From NCBI GenBank assembly GCA_965223795.1, contig CBDCXL010000002.1, positions 3,136,001 through 3,200,000 of the forward strand: a DNA stretch of 64,000 bases, in the 5' to 3' direction. Position numbers and translations under genes: made by a program. Under the pieces are notes generated by a model. The model was not told where the DNA came from. It did no database searches and saw only the letters and a list, made by a program, of their open reading frames with translations. The stretch is from Nitrospinales bacterium. GTDB lineage: Bacteria; Nitrospinota; Nitrospinia; Nitrospinales; VA-1. The stretch's first letter is position 1; every line of letters starts with the position of its first letter. Of this stretch, positions 48,574 to 58,782 are shown piece after piece.

Positions 48574-50130
48574 TCAGGAGACAGGTTGTAGTTGATCGCC
48601 TTTCACGGCGTATTCTTGTTTGCACACGTCGCAGATGCCGTGATCGAAATTGACATTGAGCTTTTCGCCGCATTCGCACATCCAGCCCACTCTTTTGGCG
48701 GGGTTCCCCACAACGAGGGCGTAGTCCTGGACGTCTTCGGTGACCACCGCCCCGGCGCCGATGAAGGCGAACTTGCCGATGGAGTTGCCGCAGATGATCG
48801 TGGCGTTGGCGCCGATGGTGGTGCCGCGGCGGACGAGCGTGGTTTTGAACTCGTTCTTTCTCGGCACGGCGCTCCTGGGATTGAACACGTTGGTGAACAC
48901 GCAGGAGGGTCCGCAGAACACATCGTCTTCGAGAACCACGCCTTCATACACGGAAACGTTGTTCTGGATTTTCACGTTGTTGCCGACGATGCCCCTGGGG
49001 CCGATGACCACGTTCTGGCCGATGTTGGCATTGTTGCCGATCTTGGAGTTCTTGAGGATGTGCGAGTAGTGCCAGATCTTGGTGCCTTTGCCGATGACGC
49101 ATCCTTCGTCCACGTAGCTGGACTCGTGCACGAAATAGTCGCTGCCGTTGGGCGAGAGGCCTTCCATATTGGCCTGGGCCTGCTCCAGAACCCGCAGCAC
49201 GCGCAGGCCTTCGGCCCCGTCGGTGTGGAAGGGTTTGCCTTCGATGCCCTCGATGAAGGCGCGGCACTCTTCCAGCAGCGGTTCTTTCCAGTCGCCGGAC
49301 AGATCGATGTGAACGCCTTCCTTTTTCTGCGGCACCGGCGTGTTGCCCTGCCACAGGATGTTGTGCGGGTAGACGGTGAGTTTCTCCTCGCGCGGCAGGG
49401 TGTCGTCGAACACCACCATCTTGCGGTCGCCGATCACCACCAGCTTCTGCTCCTTGAACGGGTGCAGCCAGGATACGAAGATGTGCGCGGAGATGCCGCT
49501 CGGGAAACGCAGGTGCGTGAGGGTCGAATCCGCGATCTTGGGATGCAGGATGGTGGAGCCGAACGCGCGCACGGACACCGGTTCCTCGCCGACCAGAGAC
49601 AGAATCACGGAAATGTCGTGCGGCGCGAAAGACCAGAGGATGTTTTCCTCTTTGCGGATTTTCCCGAGATTGAGCCGGTTCGAATAAATGGTTTGCAGCT
49701 TGCCCAGCTCGCCGGTCTGGATCATTTCCTTTATTTTCAGGATCGCCGGGTGGTAGTGCAGGATGTGTCCGACGAACAGCGTTTTTCCGGTCTGCCCGGC
49801 AAGAGCTTCGAGCTCCTTGCCTTCGCGTTCGGTGAGCGCGAGGGGTTTTTCCACGAACACGTGCTTTTGCGCCAGCAGGGCGTCCTTCACCATGGTGTGG
49901 TGCATGGCGGCGGGCGTGGCGATGGCCAGCGCGTCGATGTCCTGCCTGGAAATCAGGTCCGTGAAGGAACTGGTGATTTCCACGTCGGGGTAGTTTTCCT
50001 TGTGGCTTTGCAAAACTTCTTCTGAAGGGTCGCAGATGACTTTAAGGACACCAAGGTTGTTGAATGTCCTGGCGAGATTTTTCCCCCAATATCCCGCGCC
50101 AATCAAAGCGACGTTCGGTTTGTTCGACAA
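48574..50130 (-). CDS. Gfo/Idh/MocA oxidoreductase fused to a WbpD-like hexapeptide N-acetyltransferase
   Basis: IGAGYWG, EKP, PHD in the N-terminal part; [38 protein letters not shown] in the C-terminal part; GGAGG before TTG 50130. Confidence 0.87.
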   Translation of the reverse strand: MSNKPNVALIGAGYWGKNLARTFNNLGVLKVICDPSEEVLQSHKENYPDVEITSSFTDLISRQDIDALAIATPAAMHHTMVKDALLAQKHVFVEKPLALTEREGKELEALAGQTGKTLFVGHILHYHPAILKIKEMIQTGELGKLQTIYSNRLNLGKIRKEENILWSFAPHDISVILSLVGEEPVSVRAFGSTILHPKIADSTLTHLRFPSGISAHIFVSWLHPFKEQKLVVIGDRKMVVFDDTLPREEKLTVYPHNILWQGNTPVPQKKEGVHIDLSGDWKEPLLEECRAFIEGIEGKPFHTDGAEGLRVLRVLEQAQANMEGLSPNGSDYFVHESSYVDEGCVIGKGTKIWHYSHILKNSKIGNNANIGQNVVIGPRGIVGNNVKIQNNVSVYEGVVLEDDVFCGPSCVFTNVFNPRSAVPRKNEFKTTLVRRGTTIGANATIICGNSIGKFAFIGAGAVVTEDVQDYALVVGNPAKRVGWMCECGEKLNVNFDHGICDVCKQEYAVKGDQLQPVS

Positions 50131-50214
50131 GAGCGGCCTCCGTTCTGATTTTTTATGACTCTCTAACCGGTCCGGCACCGGTGATCGATATTTTTTGTGA
50201 AAGTGGAACCCGTG

Positions 50215-51519
50215 TCAGGCCTTGACGATTTTTTCCGATCGGATGCGGCCGCAGGCATTGCGGGTGTCCACCACCAATCTGGATTTTTCCACGATGCTCT
50301 CGTAATCGTAGACCGAGTGGTCGGTCAGGATGAGCGTCATGTCGTAGTCGCCGATGTTGTCCAGGGGCACGCTTTTACGCCCCTCGAAATGGCCGTAATC
50401 GCGTTTGGAGCCGAGCACGGGAATGAAAGGATCGTTGAAATCCACGTGCGCGCCGTAGCCCTCGAGCAGTTCCATGATCTTGAAGCTGGGCGATTCGCGC
50501 GCATCGTCGACGTTTTTCTTGTACGCCATCCCCAGAATCAGGATGCGGCTCTGCTTCAGGCTTTTGCCGGCGTTGTTGAGCGCCTTTAAGATTTTCTGCA
50601 GCACGTACTCGGGCATGGAGACGTTGATCTCACCGGCAAGCTCGATGAACCGCGTGGAGACGCCGTACTCGCGTGCTTTCCAGGTCAGGTAAAACGGGTC
50701 GATGGGAATGCAGTGGCCGCCCAGACCGGGGCCCGGATAAAACGGCATGAAGCCGAACGGCTTGGTGCTGGACGCGTCGATCACTTCCCAGATGTCGATG
50801 CCCATTTTGTCGAAGATGATTTTCAGTTCGTTGACCAGGGCGATGTTGATGGAGCGGAAGATGTTTTCCATCAGCTTGGTCGCTTCCGCGGCCTTGGTGC
50901 CGGACACCGGCACGGTCTTTTCGATGATGGACAGGTACAGGGTGTTGGTCAGCTCCAGCCCCAGTTCTGTGTCGGCGCCGAGAACCTTGGGGATCGTCGC
51001 GGTGGAATACTGCTTGTTGTTCGGGTCCTCGCGTTCGGGAGAGTAGGCGACGAAAAAATCCTGGTCGGCCTTGAGCCCGCTGCCGTCCTCCAGCTCGGGG
51101 ATCAGGACCTCGATGGTGGTTCCCGGATACGTGGTCGATTCCAGCACGATCAACTGGTCCTTGCGCAGATACGGTGCGATCTGCCGGGCGGTGGCGACGA
51201 TGAAGCTCATGTCCGGCTCGCGGTTGTGGTTGAGCGGCGTCGGCACGCAGATGAGGATGCAGTCCAGGTTGGCGACGGTGGAAAAATCCGTCGTGGCTTC
51301 AAACCTGCCGCCCTCCACCAGTTTGCCGATTTTTTCTGCGGCAATGTGGCGGATGTAGCTTTCCCCTTTGCTCAGTTGCTCCACCTTGCCGGGATCGACG
51401 TCGAGACCCACAACCCGGAATCCGGCTTTGCTGAATTCGATGACCAGCGGCAGACCCACGTAACCCAGTCCGACCACTCCAACCGTTGCGGTTCTTTCTT
51501 TTATTTTTTGCAGTAGCAA
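50215..51519 (-). CDS. UDP-GlcNAc 6-dehydrogenase (WbpA-like)
   Basis: GLGYVGLP, ESTTYPGTT, SPEREDP, GGHCIPIDP; purine-rich RBS before TTG 51519. Confidence 0.9.
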   Translation of the reverse strand: MLLQKIKERTATVGVVGLGYVGLPLVIEFSKAGFRVVGLDVDPGKVEQLSKGESYIRHIAAEKIGKLVEGGRFEATTDFSTVANLDCILICVPTPLNHNREPDMSFIVATARQIAPYLRKDQLIVLESTTYPGTTIEVLIPELEDGSGLKADQDFFVAYSPEREDPNNKQYSTATIPKVLGADTELGLELTNTLYLSIIEKTVPVSGTKAAEATKLMENIFRSINIALVNELKIIFDKMGIDIWEVIDASSTKPFGFMPFYPGPGLGGHCIPIDPFYLTWKAREYGVSTRFIELAGEINVSMPEYVLQKILKALNNAGKSLKQSRILILGMAYKKNVDDARESPSFKIMELLEGYGAHVDFNDPFIPVLGSKRDYGHFEGRKSVPLDNIGDYDMTLILTDHSVYDYESIVEKSRLVVDTRNACGRIRSEKIVKA

Positions 51520-51690
51520 GGTCGCTCCCCCCTCATTCAAGTGGAAGTTGTTGTTGATGATGAACGCATGATTGCTGGCCCGTTCCCGACCCGCAGGGGA
51601 TATCCGTTTAAAAAAAACGGAGCGGGTTGAACGCAAAAACCGGTATCTCCAAACCAGTTTCCTGTGCCGGATGATGCTGACGGCGTGCCG

Positions 51691-54216
51691 TCAGTTTTCG
51701 GATTTGATCGACGTCAGATTTTTGTCGTTGTCGCTTTTGAAGAAATATTCCTCGCCGATGATGTTTCGCATCATCACTTTGATTTTATTGAAGTCCCCGG
51801 TCAGGGCCAGGCGGAACAATTCCTCGATTCTGCGGTTGAAATTATCGTCGATCTCTCTCTTTGATTGTAAAACTTTTATTTTCTTATGGAAAGTTTCAAT
51901 TGCCTCGTCGCGGTCGTCGACCAGTTCCTCGAACAGCTTTTCCCCCGGGCGGATGCCGGTGAATTTGATTTTGATGTCCTTGTCGGGTTCATATCCCGCC
52001 AATCGGATCATTTTCTGCGCTAAATCGACGATTTTCACCGGTTCGCCCATTTCCAGGACGAATATCTCGCCACCGTCGCCGATCACCGCCGCCTGCAGGA
52101 TGAGCTGCACGGCTTCGGGAATGAGCATGAAATACCGCGTCATTTCCGGGTGCGTGACGGTCACGGGACCGCCGTTCTCGATCTGGTTCTGGAAGAACGG
52201 GATGACGCTGCCCTTGCTGCCGAGCACGTTGCCGAAACGCACGGTCATGAATTTGGTGTTGCTGCGCTGGTTCATGTACTGAACGTATTTTTCGGCCACT
52301 TTTTTGGTGGTGCCCATGACGCTGGTGGGCCGGATCACTTTATCCGTGGAAACCATCACGAAGCGTTCCACGCCGTATTTGTCGGAAACGTCCGCGGTGA
52401 GCTTGGTGCCGTAGATGTTGTTCACCACCGCCTCGTCCACGTTGTCTTCCATGAGCGGCACGTGTTTGTGGGCCGCGGCGTGGAACACGATCTGCGGACG
52501 GAACTGGGCGAAGATGGAGTCCATCTTCTCTTTGTTGGTGATGGAGCAGAATTTGTAGTGCTGTTTGGTGGCGGAGTTTTTGGCGTTGTTGCCGCCGTTC
52601 AGCAAAATATTCAGCTCGTAGAGGTAGTTCTCTCCGCGGTCGAGCATGACGAGCTCGGACGGCTCGTACTCCATGATCTGCTGGCACAGCTCGGAACCGA
52701 TGCTGCCGCCGGCGCCGGTCACCAGCACGCGTTTGCCCCAGACCATGTTCTTGATCGCGGTGAGGTCGAGGGAAACGGAATCGCGGCCCAGCAGATCGCT
52801 GATCTCGATTTTGCGGATTTTGGAAAAGTGGACGTCGTTGGTCGAGAGGTCGATGACCGACGACACGATTTTGAATTTGACCACGCATTTGCTGCAGATG
52901 TCCACCAGTTCGCTGAGACTTTCGGAGGAGATGTTGTTGATGGCGATCAGCACTTCGCGGATGCCCAGGTCGGCCACCAGCTCCGGGATGTCGTAGCGGT
53001 TGCCCAGAACCTTGACGCCCATCAGGTTTTTGTTTTTGATGCTCGGGTTATCGTCCACGAATCCGCAAACGCGAAAATGCGGGAAACGCTGGCGCAGGTT
53101 TTTGAGCAGCAGGGCGCCGGTGTCTCCGGCTCCGAAGATGAGCACGCGGATGCCGCCCTCTTTGACAAGCGGTTTCTGTTTCTGTCGTTCTTTCCACATG
53201 CGCCAGGCCAGACGCGAGCCGCCGAGCATGGTGACCAGCAGGATGAAATCGATGATGGGCACCGAGCGGGGAATCGTGACCGGGGGATTGGAATAGAGAA
53301 AGATCGAAACCAGAAGCAGGATCGACCCCGTGAGCACGGCTTTGATGATCAGCACCAGCTCCTCGAGGCTGGAATACTCCCAGAACCTGGAATAGAAGCG
53401 GAAATAAAAATACGAAACCGATCGGGCCAGGACGATGAACGGAACCAGGTACAGCAGGGTTTTGAGTTCCTTCTCAGGAATGTTCCACTCGTACCTTAAA
53501 AAATACGCCAGGTAGAAAGAGATGAGTCCGAGGGCGATGTCACTGATGAAGAAGAAGAGGTTCTGCGGGCTCACCCTCAGGTTCTTCAGAGAGAACGCGG
53601 ATTTGATGTCGACGTTGAACAGCGAATGCAGCAGCAGGTTGATGTCGTAGAAAAACGAAGACCGGTCGAGATACACCATGGCGAGCCGGATTTTTTCGGG
53701 CATCAGCGTGTTGATGTATTCTTCCTCCGGATTGGGGGACTTGCTCAGAATCTCTTTTTCGTTCTGGAATTCCTGCGCCGCGAGGTCGGTGATCCCCGGC
53801 CGGACGGTCAGAATCCTGAGAAATTTGCCGCGGAACAGGTGGACGTGCTGGCGCAGTTCCGGGCGCGGCCCGACGATGCTCATGTCTCCTTTGAGGACAT
53901 TGATGAGCTGCGGCAGCTCGCTCAACCGGGTCTTGCGCAAAAACCGGCCGACGCGTGTGGGTTTGGACGTTTTCTGAAACCTGGGTGCGGGACCTTCTGC
54001 GCTTTCTTCGAGCGTGCGGAATTTGAGGATGAAAAAGCGGCGAAAGCCTTTCCCGATGCGTTCTTCCCGGAAAAAAACCGGACCGGGTGAGTCCAGCTTG
54101 ATCAACAGCGCGATCACCAGAAAGACGGGCAGCAAAAGCACCAGGGCGGTTAATGAAACCACCACGTCGAACAGGCGCTTCGTGAAGATCCAGTATACAG
54201 ATGGATTAGATTTCAT
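51691..54216 (-). CDS. Fusion of a monotopic PGT-like domain to a CapD/PglF-type UDP-HexNAc 4,6-dehydratase
   Basis: aa 1-200: KRLFD, KFRT, VGPRPE, RPGIT; then TM segments, GAG, TGAGGSIG, HAAAHKHVP, STDK, RFGNVLGS. Confidence 0.88.
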   Translation of the reverse strand: MKSNPSVYWIFTKRLFDVVVSLTALVLLLPVFLVIALLIKLDSPGPVFFREERIGKGFRRFFILKFRTLEESAEGPAPRFQKTSKPTRVGRFLRKTRLSELPQLINVLKGDMSIVGPRPELRQHVHLFRGKFLRILTVRPGITDLAAQEFQNEKEILSKSPNPEEEYINTLMPEKIRLAMVYLDRSSFFYDINLLLHSLFNVDIKSAFSLKNLRVSPQNLFFFISDIALGLISFYLAYFLRYEWNIPEKELKTLLYLVPFIVLARSVSYFYFRFYSRFWEYSSLEELVLIIKAVLTGSILLLVSIFLYSNPPVTIPRSVPIIDFILLVTMLGGSRLAWRMWKERQKQKPLVKEGGIRVLIFGAGDTGALLLKNLRQRFPHFRVCGFVDDNPSIKNKNLMGVKVLGNRYDIPELVADLGIREVLIAINNISSESLSELVDICSKCVVKFKIVSSVIDLSTNDVHFSKIRKIEISDLLGRDSVSLDLTAIKNMVWGKRVLVTGAGGSIGSELCQQIMEYEPSELVMLDRGENYLYELNILLNGGNNAKNSATKQHYKFCSITNKEKMDSIFAQFRPQIVFHAAAHKHVPLMEDNVDEAVVNNIYGTKLTADVSDKYGVERFVMVSTDKVIRPTSVMGTTKKVAEKYVQYMNQRSNTKFMTVRFGNVLGSKGSVIPFFQNQIENGGPVTVTHPEMTRYFMLIPEAVQLILQAAVIGDGGEIFVLEMGEPVKIVDLAQKMIRLAGYEPDKDIKIKFTGIRPGEKLFEELVDDRDEAIETFHKKIKVLQSKREIDDNFNRRIEELFRLALTGDFNKIKVMMRNIIGEEYFFKSDNDKNLTSIKSEN

Positions 54217-54321
54217 AGGAGAGGCAGTCCCTTGCCGGGACGGCGAGGGCGCTGTCCCGAACGGTTACGTCCATATCGATATCGAAGACAACCCCTTTGT
54301 TGTCCCCCGTAATCCTTCAAA

Positions 54322-54383
54322 GGTTTACAGGGTGCCACGTGCGTATGAAGGATTGATCAAGGGAATGTAACAGTTCGATTACA
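54322..54383 (-). promoter_or_regulatory. Palindromic box + N28 + TGGCA module upstream of the PGT-dehydratase operon
   Basis: Plus-strand TGTAAC-N6-ATTACA at 54366-54383; TGGCACCCTGTAAACC follows 28 nt downstream on the minus strand. Confidence 0.55.
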
Positions 54384-54864
54384 ATATGAAAAAAACGCAA
54401 CCCATCCCGTCTCCGCATTTCTTTGGGAGCGCACGGGGAAAAAATCGCCGTACAGAAAAAAATGCACAAAATCCCAAAGAATTACATCAACATTTGATTA
54501 ATTTATGATTTACATTTCTTGAAATATTACTCAAATATCGGAACTTATGTCAAGGCTCATCTGGAACGGAAAAGGTGATATAACTAACAAAGACAGAGTA
54601 ACTTATTGTCTCTTTGGGCAGAACGGCCGCGTTTTTTTTCCGGGCCGGAAATGGCATTAGATGGAAACCAAAAATGGATAAATTCCGAATATCGAACTGA
54701 ACTCATTGAAATAATTTGTAAATTAAGAAATCTTTCCCGAACAGGCATATTGAGGTGGGAAAGGCGTCCTGTGTGGGCGGGCGGGGTGTATGAATCTGTT
54801 CAGGGATTTGCAGAAAATTAATCAGGAGCTTGGAAATAAACCCCATAAAATCAATGTTATTTTG

Positions 54865-54880
54865 TGGCACGGTCCATGCT
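54865..54880 (+). promoter_or_regulatory. Candidate sigma54 -24/-12 promoter
   Basis: TGGCACGGTCCATGCT has the GG-N10-GC spacing. Confidence 0.5.
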
Positions 54881-54947
54881 AGTACCCTAAAAACGGGATC
54901 TCACGGGGGATGACCACGACTGCGGATTTCTTTAACGGGCGGTAATT

Positions 54948-55094
54948 ATGAAAATCAAAGACGGCACCTGGGTCGAAAATATCAAAATGATGTTCATGAC
55001 GTTCTTTTCCACCCTTCCATTGGCGTACCTCGTTCTTGTTTTGATCGACGACTGGTTGTTTTCCATTGTCAAAGTGTTTTACCTGTCCCACTGA
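54948..55094 (+). CDS. Putative 48-aa small membrane protein (absent from the ORF track)
   Basis: MKIKDGTWVENIKMMFMTFFSTLPLAYLVLVLIDDWLFSIVKVFYLSH; about 70 nt downstream of the sigma54-like site. Confidence 0.4.
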   Translation: MKIKDGTWVENIKMMFMTFFSTLPLAYLVLVLIDDWLFSIVKVFYLSH

Positions 55095-56071
55095 CCGAAA
55101 GCCGTAAAAGGACACTCTCCACTCCGCTTGCACCCGCCTGCACGCAGCGCGTTCTTTTCATTAATCATTGATGAAGATGCTTTTTTTGAGTAAGTGTGCG
55201 TCACATTAAAAACCTCCTGTTTCGGTTTTGGCACTCCGGCCATGGGTTTTGCCGGCAACTGTGAGTTCTATGTAAATCTTTGAATTCCTGAATTTTTCTT
55301 TCAAAGTCCATTGTGTTTAATAAGGAAATTGCAGTTAAAGTTTTAAAGTTATGTGGGTAACTATTAAAATTTAAAAAAATTTGTTATAATTTACACTGTG
55401 TTTCCGGCTGGGCTCACAAGTTACTCACAGGCGGTCTGAGCCCGAAAGACATTTATTTTTCGGTTTTTAAACGTCAGAAACGGTTCGTTTTTATTGACAC
55501 CCAAAGCTTCAAAATGTATATTGCGCGGAAAGATGGGCCGTGATTTTTCTATTTTCATCGTGTTTCCGATGAAAATGGCGCTCATCCATCGTGGAATACC
55601 CGGTAATTCAAAGACTATCCTTTGAGGGACCGGCAAATCAGCATCCGAACTTCATTCGCTTCGGATCATTTATTGTGGCACTCCAACGCACCATCGATTC
55701 GGGAGGAGAAATCGAATGGCTTTGCAGTGGCATTTGGTTTTTCACACGCCTGTTTTTGTTAGTCGGGCCTTATTCCCTGCCTGAATCGACACAGCAGTTC
55801 AATAGATCCGTCTGCATGAGTGAAACCGCTCACAGATGAATAGCCGTTACGGTCTCTTGCCGGTTTGTTATTTACTATTACGGGCATGATCGCTTTGAGG
55901 CCCGGTGTCGGGTGTTCCCGGGGCTGATTGAACTGGATGAGTGCGGACGCAGTTTAAATGAAGGGCGAGACTTGCCCGGATAGATTCACAAGCGTGGATT
56001 CCGAGCCGTTTTTTCTGATTTAAACGTTTGCGGATGTTGAATCTGTTTGACCAACGTACCGGTGGGGGGAT

Positions 56072-57358
56072 TTGATGACTAAGTATTTTAAGTTCTCTGG
56101 TTTGAGTTTCCTGCTGTTGTTGTTCCTTCCTTCAATCGGGGCTGCCCAGATCGAAATTTTTCCAAAAGGCGGGCTGGAGTTAAGAACAGATGAAGGGAAA
56201 ATCCGCATTGGCCGAGTGGAAATTCATCCCGGGCTGGCATTGGAATCGAGATACGACAGCAATGTGTTTCAGTCTGCGGACAAAACGTTTGCCAATGGTA
56301 CCAGTGAAGACCCGACGGACGATTTCATTTTCACCATTTCTCCTTCCATAGGACTCGAACTCAAGCGTGGCAAAGGGGAGGTGTTTGGTTTCGATTTTAA
56401 ATACATCGGCAACAGTGAACATTTCGTCAACCTTTCCAGTGAAGATACATTCGAACACGATGTTTCCGCTGCGATGAATATTGGTGGACCCGGTGGCCGG
56501 AGTGATATCACTCTGGGCGGCCGGTACTTCAAAACCCGCAGCATTCAGGAAAGGGATCTGCAGAGCAACCTGGGATCGAGGGTCGATGAGGAGGATTCAT
56601 CCCTTTTCGCGGATTTTATTTATACCATCTCGCAAACGTTCAGCGTAAAACTCAATGGGAAGTACCGCCGGGAAGATTTTTCCGGTTCTCCTTCTCTGGC
56701 GATTGAGGATGTGGACACCATCAATCTCGGTGGAGCCATTTTCTGGCAGGTCACCCAGCCGACCGCGATCGGTCTTCGGTACAATCACCGTATCCGCGAT
56801 TACTTGACGCCATCGACGGTCAACTTCGACGGTAATGCGGATGCGATCTTTTTCTTGGTCAAATGGGAGCCGACCAAGCTGTTACGCGGCGAAGTGGAAT
56901 TGGGGTATGAAAACAAAAGGTTCGACAATATTTCCGGTCAGGATGAGGATGGTTTCGTATTTAATCTGGATGTGGGGTATGCCCCAACGGAACGGAGGCG
57001 GTTCCTGTTCAACGCCACCCGCCAGATTCTCGATTCCTCCTTTCAGTTGATTCAGGCTTTCATTTATACAGCGGCCGAAGGTGTCGTGCAGCAACGTCTG
57101 GGACGGAAGTTTTCCACAAAGGTCGGTTTTCAGTTTGAAAATCTGGACTATCAAAGGTCGGCGGTTGATACGCCGGGTGGGGGTGTTTCCCGAGTTCGCG
57201 TTGACAACACCATCTCCGGAACCGTGGCTTTAATATACGATATTCAAAGATGGCTTAAAGCCGAGGCTGAGTACAAATATGAGCAGAACTTCTCCAATTT
57301 TGACGACCGTGATTACGAGCAGAATATCGGAATTCTTCGGCTTTCAGCGACGTACTGA
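56072..57358 (+). CDS. Outer-membrane beta-barrel protein of EPS export
   Basis: Signal peptide, YDSNV, alternating beta-strand pattern, aromatic C-terminal residue (LRLSATY); next to the OPX gene. Confidence 0.8.
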   Translation: MMTKYFKFSGLSFLLLLFLPSIGAAQIEIFPKGGLELRTDEGKIRIGRVEIHPGLALESRYDSNVFQSADKTFANGTSEDPTDDFIFTISPSIGLELKRGKGEVFGFDFKYIGNSEHFVNLSSEDTFEHDVSAAMNIGGPGGRSDITLGGRYFKTRSIQERDLQSNLGSRVDEEDSSLFADFIYTISQTFSVKLNGKYRREDFSGSPSLAIEDVDTINLGGAIFWQVTQPTAIGLRYNHRIRDYLTPSTVNFDGNADAIFFLVKWEPTKLLRGEVELGYENKRFDNISGQDEDGFVFNLDVGYAPTERRRFLFNATRQILDSSFQLIQAFIYTAAEGVVQQRLGRKFSTKVGFQFENLDYQRSAVDTPGGGVSRVRVDNTISGTVALIYDIQRWLKAEAEYKYEQNFSNFDDRDYEQNIGILRLSATY

Positions 57359-57420
57359 TTGGATTTTCAACGCGACTGAGTTTTTTACCTTTTGTTATTA
57401 TCGTTTCAGAATATGCACGG

Positions 57421-57449
57421 GGCCGAAAATCGTTTTCGGCCTTTTTTTT
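57421..57449 (+). terminator. Intrinsic terminator
   Basis: GGCCGAAAA-TCG-TTTTCGGCC followed by T8. Confidence 0.8.
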
Positions 57450-57705
57450 ATTTGCGCTTGGATGTGTTTGGTTTAAACTTTAGGCAATCCACGAAGTGCT
57501 CGGACAATTGCGTTTTTATTGCGCGGAGGGGTGTGCAAGTCAGCGGGCCACGATGACCGTTGGGCAGGTTTGTCCTTGTTTTGCCATGCAGATCCTGCAC
57601 TTGATAAGTTATTGATTTCCTGAATCTCCGGAATTTACGATACCTCTAAGATCCTTTTCTCATGTATGCTTTGAAAACCAATACCTTTTGGGGAGTGAAG
57701 CCGTT

Positions 57706-58629
57706 ATGAAGAGAAATTCCTTGATTGTGATCCTCTGTTCCCTTGTTTGCTTTTTTTATGTTCATTCTGTTTTTGCCGCACCGGCAAAGCAATTTTCCGG
57801 AAAAGTGCTTTCCGGATCGGGTAAGGGACAGGATGAGTTTCCTCCCTCCACTCCCATCATCAATCAGAGTAATCCTTTTGTACTGGGACCCGAAGATCTC
57901 ATTATGGTGTCCGTCTGGGGGAATAAAGAATTGACGACGGAAATGCCGGTGCGCCCGGATGGAACCATATCCTTTCCGCTGATCGGGGATATCATGGCGC
58001 AGGGGCTGACTCCGGCTCAATTGAAGGAAAAAATCACGGAGGATCTGAGAAACTACGTGACCGATGCCAGCGTCACGGTCATCGTCAAGCAGATCAACAG
58101 CATCAAAATTTCCATTGCAGGTGAAGTGAAGGAGCCAGGAACCTATCAGATCAACCGCCCGGTGACGCTGCTGCACGTGTTTTCGATCGTCAAAGGCTTT
58201 ACGGAAAAAGCGGACTTGAAAAAATCCTATCTGCTGAGAAATGGGAAAAAGCTGAATATCGATTTTCATGCCCTGGTAAAAGCGGATGATTTCACGCAGA
58301 ACGTCTGGCTGAAATCCAATGATATCATTTTTATTCACGATAACTTTGGCAACCGCGTGAATGTGATGGGCGAAGTGGTCAAGCCTCAGGTGGTCACGTT
58401 TCAGGAAGGCATGACAGTGATGGATGCGATCCTTGTCGCGGAAGGGCTGACGGACATTGCCAAAGCAAACGGCACAAAGGTGTACAGGCGGAATAAACGG
58501 GGTAATTTTGACAAGGATATTGAAAAAATCAATGTGGAGCTGGATAAGGTGATCTTTGACGGGGATCTGTCTAAGAACATTCTTTTAAAGCCGGGTGATA
58601 TCATTCATGTTCCGCGCAGCTTTTTCTGA
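57706..58629 (+). CDS. Polysaccharide export OPX protein (Poly_export + 2 SLBB)
   Basis: LGPEDL..SVW, VRPDGTISFPLIG, GEVKEPG, GEVVKP, LKPGDIIHVP at the very C-terminus. Confidence 0.9.
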   Translation: MKRNSLIVILCSLVCFFYVHSVFAAPAKQFSGKVLSGSGKGQDEFPPSTPIINQSNPFVLGPEDLIMVSVWGNKELTTEMPVRPDGTISFPLIGDIMAQGLTPAQLKEKITEDLRNYVTDASVTVIVKQINSIKISIAGEVKEPGTYQINRPVTLLHVFSIVKGFTEKADLKKSYLLRNGKKLNIDFHALVKADDFTQNVWLKSNDIIFIHDNFGNRVNVMGEVVKPQVVTFQEGMTVMDAILVAEGLTDIAKANGTKVYRRNKRGNFDKDIEKINVELDKVIFDGDLSKNILLKPGDIIHVPRSFF

Positions 58630-58668
58630 TCCCGTTGTGTTGAGTTGTTGAAAGCGTATACACACCAT

Positions 58669-58707
58669 AAACCGCTGGCCGTTCAAACACGGTCAGCGGT
58701 TTTTTTT
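58669..58707 (+). terminator. Intrinsic terminator
   Basis: AAACCGCTGGCCGT-loop-ACGGTCAGCGGTTT followed by a T tract. Confidence 0.8.
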
Positions 58708-58782
58708 ATTTGAATCGCAACGCTCTACTGAATTTGTCGTGTCGAATCAGGATAGGTGAATTGTTAATAGGAGAAACAGGGC

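Noticed and set aside
54879..55133. 84-aa minus-strand ORF in the ORF track
   Set aside because: No motif or clear RBS; the overlapping plus-strand short ORF has better promoter and hydrophobicity support, though neither is proven
54217..56071. ops/JUMPstart antitermination element ahead of the polysaccharide operons
   Set aside because: No GGCGGTAG match found by eye in the leader regions in the correct orientation
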